Below the pieces are notes generated by a model. The model was not told the DNA's origin and did no database searches. It was given only the letters and a program-made list of their open reading frames with translations. From IMG/VR virus record IMGVR_UViG_3300045988_108221, positions 1 to 64,000 of that record: a DNA stretch of 64,000 nucleotides. The stretch is one strand, 5' to 3'. The position numbers and the translations under genes are program-made. Every line of letters begins with the position of its first letter. Position 1 is the stretch's first letter. This DNA is from a virus. Below are positions 28,019-35,299 of this stretch, piece after piece.

Positions 28019-28145
28019 AAACGATTGTATATTCGATAGACAACTCAAATTGGAAAATACGATTGTTCCATATGATGTTTCATATCTTAGACAATCTATT
28101 GAAACGATTGTTTTATCGATAGTATTTGCGATTGTTTTCTACATA
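28019..28145. repeat. Iteron-like repeats (A)CGATTGT ... TCGATAG
   Basis: AAACGATTGTATATTCGATAG and AAACGATTGTTTTATCGATAG about 90 bp apart. Half copies at ~28068 and ~28137. Another copy at ~28868. Confidence 0.55.
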
Positions 28146-28367
28146 TGTTATGTGTTTAAATGTATGAAACCATAGATAAAACATGGGTTTGTAGACCATT
28201 GTATGGTGTGTTTTGTATATAGCCATTGTTTGTACTGGGGTATGTTTCTTATGTGTGGACTTAGGTATGCTCTTGGGTTTGTTATGATTATACCGCCCCC
28301 AGCTGAGAATGGTTCTCCCTTTTGGATATTGAAAATTTTCGATACGCTTAGGGGTGTCTCATTGGTT

Positions 28368-28391
28368 CATATGAACATATGTTCACATATG
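28368..28391. promoter_or_regulatory. Palindrome CATATGAACATATGTTCACATATG with a perfect GAAC-N4-GTTC core (Cheo/LexA-box-like)
   Basis: Core GAACATATGTTC at 28373-28384, preceded by AAAATTTTCGATA about 30 bp upstream. Confidence 0.5.
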
Positions 28392-28896
28392 CACCATACT
28401 AGGGTTAGTCAATCAATCGAATAGTATCAATGTAATAGAATATCTAATTGCTTACATTCATTATCACTTGTATTCTCAATATGTAGATGTCATATATTGA
28501 AAACTATCGATATATATGTTTGTACATAGAGTATTCGTTCATGTATCAACTAACGGTTTACAGTTGGGTAACATATGAGTAGATACTCATGTATGCACTA
28601 TATGCATTATACCTATGATTTTAAGTAATGTTTAATATTGGTCTTGGCTGGCGGTGGTTGTAAAATTGTATTTTACACAATGTTTTTTATTTGGGTACAT
28701 CAATAAGGGTTCAAAATTCTGTAGTATCACTCGCCTAAGTCAATGCCATTGTACACCCTACGTACACTACCAAAGTACAACCACATCACAATACAATACG
28801 TTTATACATCTGTTACATACATGAGTAATACATATGTATAAAACAAATAAAAATACAACGATATACAACGATTGTATATAACAGATATATTTACCG

Positions 28897-29000
28897 TTGT
28901 ATGCTCATTTGTATTCGTTGCATATGTTTATATTCGAACGAGATTAAACGCACCGTATAACTCAAATAAATCAATCGTTTATTCTCATTTAGTCGTGCGT
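28897..29000. repeat. Regulatory module copy D
   Basis: GTATGCTCATTT ... CCGTATAACTCAAATAAATCAAT ... TTCTCATTTAG aligns with copies at 29599-29836, 32590-32760, 33281-33470 and 34745-34790. Confidence 0.6.
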
Positions 29001-29026
29001 ATTGATAACGCCTGCGTTATGTGTAG

Positions 29027-29048
29027 CATATGAACATACGTTCATATG
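29027..29048. promoter_or_regulatory. Palindrome CATATGAACATACGTTCATATG with a perfect GAAC-N4-GTTC core
   Basis: Core GAACATACGTTC at 29032-29043. Confidence 0.5.
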
Positions 29049-29091
29049 TTATGTTTGTATGAATGGTTGTTTATATATTGAATATAAATAT

Positions 29092-29120
29092 AAGCGGTAC
29101 AGAAATGATCTGTACCGCTT
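29092..29120 (-). terminator. Intrinsic terminator after 29129..29389
   Basis: AAGCGGTACA-n9-TGTACCGCTT. Member of the recurring GCGGTA...TACCGC hairpin family. Confidence 0.55.
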
Positions 29121-29128
29121 GTTATTGT

Positions 29129-29389
29129 TTACATATAACATTCAACAAGACTTTGCACGGTATCTTTATTTACAGTATCAAGGCTATCCAAATATGTGCT
29201 ATTTGTATGTATAGCTATTAACTTATTTTTATAGCCTTTTTTACTAATAATTTTAAATCTAATTAAATAGTTCCATCCTTCCATATCGTTAAAATATAGG
29301 AATTTTACTGATGTACATTTAATGTTATCAATTAAATGTAGATTTCTTTGTAAAAAGTCAAATAATGCATTATATGTATATGTTTTCAT
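29129..29389 (-). CDS. Hypothetical protein (AT-rich island)
   Basis: Start moved to MKTYTYNALF behind AAGGGGTTATTAAA. Confidence 0.5.
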   Translation of the reverse strand: MKTYTYNALFDFLQRNLHLIDNIKCTSVKFLYFNDMEGWNYLIRFKIISKKGYKNKLIAIHTNSTYLDSLDTVNKDTVQSLVECYM

Positions 29390-29406
29390 TTTAATAACCC
29401 CTTTTC

Positions 29407-29598
29407 TTAACATTCCCAATAATCAACAATATCATTATGGGCAGTAATTAAATCAATCATGTGAAAATATAAATATTCTTTTGAACATTCCCATAACTCA
29501 TTAGAATTATTATTAATAGTTGCCACATCATGAGCGTGATTTATTGCATAATCGATGTACACCATGGATATATACGTTATGAGACTGCCAAAATACAT
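29407..29598 (-). CDS. Hypothetical protein (AT-rich island)
   Basis: 63-aa ORF directly downstream of module A. Confidence 0.4.
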   Translation of the reverse strand: MYFGSLITYISMVYIDYAINHAHDVATINNNSNELWECSKEYLYFHMIDLITAHNDIVDYWEC

Positions 29599-29836
29599 AT
29601 GGTCTAAAAACGCTATATTTGCTTTCTAAGGCGTTTTATATGTTTTACATACAATCATAAGCGAATGTTTTTACACGCACCCTATAGCGTAAAATAACGA
29701 ATGTTTTATTGAGAAATGTTCTCAAAATATATGGATGCCTACGCTGGTGTTCTCATTTAGGATTTCTAATTGAGAATTGCTGCTTAAGGTGTACACGCAA
29801 GAAAAAGCGGTATCTATAAGGATACCGCCGTATAAA
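29599..29836. repeat. Regulatory module copy A
   Basis: Contains TTGAGAA-atg-TTCTCA and TTCTCATTT-n9-AATTGAGAA palindromes, CATACAATCATAAG, and the terminator hairpin of the upstream gene. Confidence 0.65.
29807..29828 (-). terminator. Intrinsic terminator after 29837..30148
   Basis: GCGGTATC-cttata-GATACCGC followed by TTTTTC on the minus strand. Confidence 0.7.
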
Positions 29837-30148
29837 CTATAATTCATTTAGAGTGTTTTTGTAAACCGTGTATAATTCATGTTCAAGGAACGGCAACCAT
29901 CTCCATTTATCCGCTTTGTCTAAAATCCTTTCATTGATAAACACAATTTCAGATATAACATAAGCACGATAATTCATAGTATTTTCGTGTTCCTCTTTTA
30001 CCCTACTAGGGTTATAACCGTAACACTCGGCATCTCGTAAGAAATTTAATAATTTACCTTTATCTTTTGTAGGCTTGCCACTTGTAGCATAATTAGATAC
30101 TACGTTCAATATAGCTTTTTTCGTGTATTCGTTTTTGATAGTAAACAT
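29837..30148 (-). CDS. Hypothetical protein (AT-rich island)
   Basis: 103-aa ORF. No motif recognised. Confidence 0.55.
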   Translation of the reverse strand: MFTIKNEYTKKAILNVVSNYATSGKPTKDKGKLLNFLRDAECYGYNPSRVKEEHENTMNYRAYVISEIVFINERILDKADKWRWLPFLEHELYTVYKNTLNEL

Positions 30149-30178
30149 TATTATATTACCTCTTTTTATTCCTTTCGT

Positions 30179-30568
30179 TTATACGATATAACTACTTGCA
30201 ACGGCGAGCCGTTCGCCGTCAATCATAATCTGAACACCTTTATATAAGTTAATAGGTAGTAAATATCTTTGATGTGTATAACTATAAATATGCTCGTTTT
30301 CATAAATCAAAAATTGCCCTTGATTATTCTGTAATTTAACTTTATATAAATCAAACTTGATATAATACCGCCGTAAAACACGATTATTTTTATCAAGTAA
30401 GATATAAAACTCTTTGCCTTCGCTATCACATGGATAATAAGTGATAGCGTTATCTATTTTATATAGTGTACCATTGTTATATAATCGGTTGCGTTTTTCT
30501 ATTGTGATAGGTTTAAACTCTACCCACTTTAAACCATAATACACTTTTATGTTTTCTACTGTTTTCAT
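30179..30568 (-). CDS. Hypothetical protein (AT-rich island)
   Basis: 129-aa ORF with SD GGAGGGAACAC-ATG. Confidence 0.55.
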   Translation of the reverse strand: MKTVENIKVYYGLKWVEFKPITIEKRNRLYNNGTLYKIDNAITYYPCDSEGKEFYILLDKNNRVLRRYYIKFDLYKVKLQNNQGQFLIYENEHIYSYTHQRYLLPINLYKGVQIMIDGERLAVASSYIV

Positions 30569-30650
30569 GTGTTCCCTCCGATGTGATCACTTATGATTAT
30601 ATTCCACGGTTAAACACAAACGGTATAACCGTGGTTAAAAAATTCTTATG

Positions 30651-30719
30651 TTATAATGTTTGATTGTTTTTCGTGCGTTGAATAAACACGATAATTAAAC
30701 TTAATAAAACTAAAGCCAT
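30651..30719 (-). CDS. Possible 22-aa hydrophobic peptide
   Basis: AAAGGGGAACATATTTAT-ATG. Translation MALVLLSLIIVFIQRTKNNQTL. Confidence 0.25.
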   Translation of the reverse strand: MALVLLSLIIVFIQRTKNNQTL

Positions 30720-30751
30720 ATAAATATGTTCCCCTTTCGATTGATAAGCAA

Positions 30752-31054
30752 CTATAGATATAACTCATCAAGATAATATAGCAAATCAAGATATCTATTG
30801 AGAGACTTTATAAAGTCATTCAAATTGTTGTATTCCTTATGTGTTCCCTTAACAGTAATAAAACAATAATTATTACCTTGCACAAATATATGTATATCGT
30901 AGTCATGATATAATAACGTATGTATTTTATCGTATTCTACATAGCTATAAAACATATAACTTTCTGCATATGTGATAATTTCATAATCTTTTGACATATC
31001 AAATATAAATGCATTTAGGTTTATAATCTTATGTATATTATCTTTTGTTTTCAT
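30752..31054 (-). CDS. Hypothetical protein (AT-rich island)
   Basis: 100-aa ORF with SD AGGGGTGAAAAT-ATG. Confidence 0.55.
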   Translation of the reverse strand: MKTKDNIHKIINLNAFIFDMSKDYEIITYAESYMFYSYVEYDKIHTLLYHDYDIHIFVQGNNYCFITVKGTHKEYNNLNDFIKSLNRYLDLLYYLDELYL

Positions 31055-31064
31055 ATTTTCACCC

Positions 31065-31424
31065 CTAACAATAAACTACAAATGGACTATACATATCTGT
31101 GTATGCAACACATGATTCACAACAAATATTTCTAAATGTTTTTTCATAGTCAATCGATATCCAATACGGTAAATCACCATATAAACCACTTTCATAAAAA
31201 TATAAGTCTATATAATTATAAATATCTGTATAATACCAACAATCACCATTTTTAATATATTCGCTTGACTCGTCAATATTCAAATCTTGACTTAAAATGT
31301 CAAGCATATCCATTTCATATTCTGAAAATTCGTTGATACACTCAAGAAAATCATGCAATCCATCAAGTGTTCCTAACTCGTTTTTATATTGTCGTGCATA
31401 TTGTAACAATGTTATAAATTCCAT
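31065..31424 (-). CDS. ArdA-like antirestriction protein (C-terminal domains only)
   Basis: Very acidic. ESGLYGDLPYWISIDYEKTFRN aligns by eye with the ArdA(Tn916) segment ETGALGEVPASLQNYIDYQAYGRD. Confidence 0.45.
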   Translation of the reverse strand: MEFITLLQYARQYKNELGTLDGLHDFLECINEFSEYEMDMLDILSQDLNIDESSEYIKNGDCWYYTDIYNYIDLYFYESGLYGDLPYWISIDYEKTFRNICCESCVAYTDMYSPFVVYC

Positions 31425-31435
31425 GTTGTACCTCT

Positions 31436-32020
31436 TTAACCGTTAATTTCTGTAATAAGTCCGATATCTTCACCGTCAATAGTAAAATAGTATTGACTAC
31501 AATAATTTATTAATTCCTTTGTATCTAATAAGTCATTATGGTTATTATGATAATGTTCTATAATTAATTCTATATCTTTATCAAAATCATAAAAACTTTG
31601 TTGTAATTTTCTCCATTCGTTCGCAAGTTGTAAACATTCGCTATCAGATAATAAAAGATAATTCTCTAACTTAAAGCCGTTAACATCAAATATTTGATAT
31701 TTTACGTTTTCGCCGTTTATGTCTGCATTAGGTAAAACAAAACGAATAAGCAATGATAATTTTTTATTATCGTTTATAAACATTTCTAAAGCATCACCAT
31801 AATAGCTATATTTATAAAGACATTGATAATGAGTAGTAATATTATATTCTTTTTCTTGTACATTAGATAATAATATCATATCAATAAGTTCGTCAATCAT
31901 TCCATTATGAATGATATTATCAAGCATATTTTTCTTTATTTTATTTTGTACATCAATAGATAATTCATTATATTCATATATATTAATTGTCTTTGTTTCT
32001 GTTTTTGTAATTGTTTTCAT
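31436..32020 (-). CDS. Hypothetical protein (AT-rich island)
   Basis: Start moved to the ATG (MKTITKTE) behind AAGAGGTTAAA. Contains an IYEYNELS motif of the kind seen in conjugative-element leading-region proteins (my recollection only). Confidence 0.5.
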   Translation of the reverse strand: MKTITKTETKTINIYEYNELSIDVQNKIKKNMLDNIIHNGMIDELIDMILLSNVQEKEYNITTHYQCLYKYSYYGDALEMFINDNKKLSLLIRFVLPNADINGENVKYQIFDVNGFKLENYLLLSDSECLQLANEWRKLQQSFYDFDKDIELIIEHYHNNHNDLLDTKELINYCSQYYFTIDGEDIGLITEING

Positions 32021-32021
32021 T

Positions 32022-32288
32022 TTAACCTCTTTCAATAATCATATATAATTCTTCATTATTTACTTTTTCAATGTGTAACGGCGAAAATTTTCGAATAAAT
32101 CTATTTAAGTATTTAGATGTGGTATGAGAATATTTTTCTCTATCTTGATACATTACATCATTTTTACTATCATATACGGCAATCAAAGTATTATAACTTT
32201 GAAAAGCTGTTAGATTTAAACAGATATTAATAATAAATTGATTGGGAACCGTGTTACCCTTACTACTTAACATATTTTGTACTAACAT
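32022..32288 (-). CDS. Hypothetical protein (AT-rich island)
   Basis: 88-aa ORF. Its ATG overlaps the stop of the 39-aa ORF (ATGTTAG). Confidence 0.55.
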   Translation of the reverse strand: MLVQNMLSSKGNTVPNQFIINICLNLTAFQSYNTLIAVYDSKNDVMYQDREKYSHTTSKYLNRFIRKFSPLHIEKVNNEELYMIIERG

Positions 32289-32401
32289 AATTTTTGCCCT
32301 TTCATTCGTTCCAATACGGTATATACTCTATTCATACCGTACACCATAGCCACAGTAAACACCATAGCCAAAACATTTTTTAAAATCATAGATAATTCCA
32401 T
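32282..32401 (-). CDS. Small membrane peptide (39 aa)
   Basis: AAAGGGTGTAGCCT-ATG. Translation MELSMILKNVLAMVFTVAMVYGMNRVYTVLERMKGQKLC. Translationally coupled to the next ORF. Confidence 0.4.
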   Translation of the reverse strand: MELSMILKNVLAMVFTVAMVYGMNRVYTVLERMKGQKLC

Positions 32402-32439
32402 AGGCTACACCCTTTCGATTAAATATATAACCTTTTCTA

Positions 32440-32545
32440 TGGTCTTATTGTACCGCTTAGTAGGTGCAATGTACAATAGTTTTTATCTATGGTTGCCATA
32501 GTTTTAAGCTATGGCGGTACACCATTGAATACCGCTATACAATAG
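32440..32545 (-). promoter_or_regulatory. Promoter/operator module P1 of the island operon
   Basis: On the minus strand: TTGTAC, 18-nt spacer, TACAAT. Upstream CCATAG-n7-CTATGG-n3-CCATAG palindromes. Homologous to 33990-34110. Confidence 0.45.
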
Positions 32546-32589
32546 ATATATATAAATACCACAAAAACACGAATTTGTCAAATTTTAGC

Positions 32590-32760
32590 AAAAACCAAGC
32601 GTAAATGAGAATGTCTCTCAATAAAACGTTTAAATATTTGCGTTCTAAGGTCTGTCTAAAGTCTCCGCCTTATGATTGTATGCAAAAAGTCAAAAACGCC
32701 GTACAACGCAAATAAATCAATTCTAGAGGTATTGTCTAAATGAGAATGACGGTGGTATCT
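32590..32760. repeat. Regulatory module copy B (partly inverted relative to A and C)
   Basis: CTTATGATTGTATG (32669-32682) is the reverse complement of CATACAATCATAAG in A. CCGTACAACGCAAATAAATCAAT is direct relative to C and D. Confidence 0.6.
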
Positions 32761-32952
32761 TTTGTATGCATACATAAGTTATGAATTTGTTTGTCTACAA
32801 TAGACACCGTTGTATATCGAATGTTTTCTATATGTTATTAACAAATATAATCATTATTGACTAATAGCTAAAATTTTCGATATGGTTTACGCAGGCGGTG
32901 GTCGTGCAATATGGTTGTATGCAATCGAATTTCACGCAACGGTTTTTCATCT

Positions 32953-33095
32953 GAATATATGTTCATATGTTCACACATCGGTTATATGAATAAGTTTTCA
33001 TATGAACATACATTCATTTGAAAACATATGAATATATGCTCATGTATTCATTTATTGAACACATGAAAGTATGTTCAATTATTCATATGTTATAA
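32953..33095. repeat. Cluster of degenerate TGAA(C/T)ATATG(T/C)TCA palindromes
   Basis: GAATATATGTTC, GAACATACATTC and GAATATATGCTC, plus TTCATATG words. No perfect GAAC-N4-GTTC here. Confidence 0.5.
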
Positions 33096-33280
33096 TCGGT
33101 TGTATGCAATTTAATTGTGGTATCTCGCAGGATTTACCGTATTGAGAATATTTCTCATTTAAGCTGCGGTATATTGTGATGTCTTCTATAGGCGTACACA
33201 TTCATATGTTTTGTACATAAAAACAAACAAACGCAAAAACACGCAAAAAGTCATATATCATAAAATCGTGTATTTTCGCT

Positions 33281-33470
33281 TGTATGCTCGTTTAGGTGTT
33301 TTATGTACAATCATAAACGGAACATCTGAAAACTGCCGTATAACTCAAATAACGCAACTTTTATTTGAGAACAATTATCAAATACGCTGGCTTTTCTCAT
33401 TTGTAGTATCTAATTGAGAATACGATGGTAAAACAAAAGGCGGTATACCTTAAGTATACCGCCAATGGTT
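33281..33470. repeat. Regulatory module copy C
   Basis: By-eye alignment with module A shows many shared blocks: GTACAATCATAA, CCGTATAACTCAAATAA, TTGAGAA/TTCTCATTT/TTGAGAA, and a terminal GGCGGTATAC hairpin. Confidence 0.65.
33439..33463 (-). terminator. Intrinsic terminator
   Basis: GGCGGTATAC-ttaag-GTATACCGCC followed by TTTTGTTTT on the minus strand. Confidence 0.7.
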
Positions 33471-33571
33471 TATAGGTCTTCTAGTCCCTCTTCTAAGTCT
33501 TTTTTATAATCTTCATCTACGTTATCAAGTAGCGCCTTAATATATTCTTGTTCAACGATAAAATAAAACAT
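33470..33571 (-). CDS. Small acidic protein (33 aa)
   Basis: ACGGAGGATGATCAACTT-ATG. Translation MFYFIVEQEYIKALLDNVDEDYKKDLEEGLEDL. Confidence 0.35.
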   Translation of the reverse strand: MFYFIVEQEYIKALLDNVDEDYKKDLEEGLEDL

Positions 33572-33612
33572 AAGTTGATCATCCTCCGTTATTATTAAGT
33601 GCTTAAAGCGTT

Positions 33613-33632
33613 GGCGGTACATAAGTACCGCC
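33613..33632 (-). terminator. Hairpin after 33641..33934 (weak terminator)
   Basis: GGCGGTAC-ttat-GTACCGCC with no clear T tract. Confidence 0.35.
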
Positions 33633-33640
33633 GTTAGTGT

Positions 33641-33934
33641 TTATCTGAGTGGCTTTTCATCGTGTAGTATGATTTTGGCAACTCGCCAATTATATTGGCT
33701 TAAGTTTACCATGTATTCACTACCGCTTTTTGTACTACCGATTAGGCTTGAATGTTTTTCGCCATCAAAATAATCACAAATTGTGGTGGTTTGATAGATA
33801 CGCTCATTCAATGGATACACTTTAGACCAATTAGATTTACTATATTCAATCTCAATCAAATAAGGCTTTTTTAATAAATATCTGTGTTCCTCTAGGTAGT
33901 CAACTAATTTTGATAAACTAGAAAATTCTTTCAT
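33641..33934 (-). CDS. Hypothetical protein
   Basis: Start moved to MKEFSSLSKL behind AAAGGGGTAAAACTC. Confidence 0.55.
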   Translation of the reverse strand: MKEFSSLSKLVDYLEEHRYLLKKPYLIEIEYSKSNWSKVYPLNERIYQTTTICDYFDGEKHSSLIGSTKSGSEYMVNLSQYNWRVAKIILHDEKPLR

Positions 33935-33989
33935 GAGTTTTACCCCTTTCAATATAAAATTATAAAAGACCTACGAAAGACATTTATCA

Positions 33990-34110
33990 TCTTTCGTTAC
34001 ACTCATTATACACCTAGAGGGGCAATCTGCATAATAGAAAAAATCTATGGATAGTCATAACTTTAAGCTATGGCGGATAACCGCACTCCGCAGGATTTAT
34101 CCATACAATT
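33990..34110 (-). promoter_or_regulatory. Promoter/operator module P2 (homolog of P1)
   Basis: Extended -10 TGTATAAT on the minus strand. ATCTATGG..CATAACTTTAAGCTATGGCGG is shared with P1. 5'UTR hairpin ACGAAAGA-n9-TCTTTCGT. Confidence 0.45.
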
Positions 34111-34139
34111 CTATTGTGTACAACTGAATTTTACGCCGT

Positions 34140-34260
34140 CATATGAATATGTGCTCATATGTTCATGTATCGTTACATGAATGTCTGTTCATATGAACAA
34201 CTGTTCAGATGACAACACATGAACGAATGTTCATATGTTCAAACGCTCATATGATTGAAT
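34140..34260. promoter_or_regulatory. Cluster of TGAACA/TGTTCA palindromes with two perfect GAAC-N4-GTTC cores
   Basis: GAACAACTGTTC (34195-34206) and GAACGAATGTTC (34221-34232), plus several half sites. Confidence 0.5.
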
Positions 34261-34569
34261 ACAATCGAATTGCATGAGACTATATCGAAAGTTTTCACGC
34301 TTTAATCATCTAAAGTATTCGAACTGATTGAAAAAATTCGATTAGTTGCAGGATTTTCGATATACTGCACATCGAAAATTTTCGACCTTTAGTATACTAA
34401 AGTTTTCGATTAGATGGAAAATTTTGAATATATTAAAGTGAACAAATGTTCGCTGGTTGCAGGCGGTCTCGCAGGTCGTGGCGAGCACATGGGCGGTCAA
34501 TATGTAATGCCTTGAAAAAACACACATATGTATTAATATATGAGCGTATATATGTATAAAAATAGGGGT

Positions 34570-35200
34570 GAGATATATATGTATATATACATATATAAAA
34601 TACCGTGGACATATACATATAAATATATACAAATGTAAAAATCCGTGGACAATATCATATATATAAACAATAAAAACCACCGCAGAATTGATTTAAATCG
34701 TTTATACGGTGTGTTTATATCCACGGTGGTATATTTGTATACCACATATGTGAAAACCACCGTACAATGCAAATAAATGAATTTCATGAGATGATGTGGT
34801 CGTATGAACATATGTTCAATCATGGGTATTGCCACGTGGTATCATGGAAGATTAAAAACAAACAAATGTTCGGTTGTTTTTCTCTTAGGCAGCATCCGTG
34901 GTTCGTCAATAGAATACCCCATGAACACACCATAATACACACCAATAGATAAACACATATATCATCGACACATATATACGTTTGTTTAATACCACGATAT
35001 ATATAAATAAAAAAATACCACCGCATAAAACGTGGACACATAACGAACGTATAATGTATAAGCAATATATGCTGCGGATGCACGATTGTTTCATGCAGGT
35101 GTTCGCCATGATTTTTATGCTGTGGTATTTATAATAGACAACAGGTAGTACACGCATAAATGTTAGCTGTATTTAAAATGGTGGTATGATTACCTGTGTG
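34570..35200. repeat. AT-rich iteron field, candidate replication origin
   Basis: (TA)n-like runs plus at least 12 copies of ATACCAC(C/G)G / CCGTGGAC / GGTGGTAT words in both orientations (for example 34601-34610, 34641-34650, 34721-34730). Confidence 0.4.
34806..34817. promoter_or_regulatory. Perfect GAACATATGTTC box
   Basis: Lies within TATGAACATATGTTCAAT inside the iteron field. Confidence 0.45.
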
Positions 35201-35261
35201 CTGTGTTTGGGATGCATCACACAATGTTGGTGTATACATGCACTCATCTGTTGTCATTTAT

Positions 35262-35291
35262 AGAATAACACAAGACGGTTTGTGTTGTCAA
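35262..35291 (-). promoter_or_regulatory. Promoter-like element firing into the ORF-free region
   Basis: On the minus strand: TTGACA, 18-nt spacer, TATTCT. Immediately downstream of phased A-tracts. Confidence 0.4.
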
Positions 35292-35299
35292 TAACCAAT

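Noticed and set aside
27984-29214. Plus-strand track ORFs 27984..28175, 28203..28424 and 29002..29214 (also 33211..33417)
   Set aside because: They have TTG or weak starts and no SD. They read across palindromes and iterons, and the translations are low complexity.
26207-33934. Integron (tyrosine recombinase plus array of small cassettes separated by imperfect palindromes)
   Set aside because: The recombinase is 176 aa, whereas IntI is about 320 aa with an extra domain. It is convergent with the cassettes, not divergent from them. Each cassette unit has its own promoter-like module and terminator, rather than being promoterless with an attC site.
28368-34817. Dispersed palindromes as N15/P1-type partition centromeres
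   Set aside because: This is attractive because the sites are scattered palindromes. However, no ParA/ParB-like ORF (Walker-type ATPase plus HTH partner) is present in the window. It is kept only as an alternative within the LexA-box finding.
34342-35157. Track ORFs 34342..34680, 34433..34618, 34533..34835, 34820..35083 and 34906..35157 (minus strand), and 34767..34952 (plus strand)
   Set aside because: They overlap one another in several frames, have no SDs, and their Y/I/H/C-rich low-complexity translations derive from (TA)n/ATATAC repeats. They are almost certainly non-coding.
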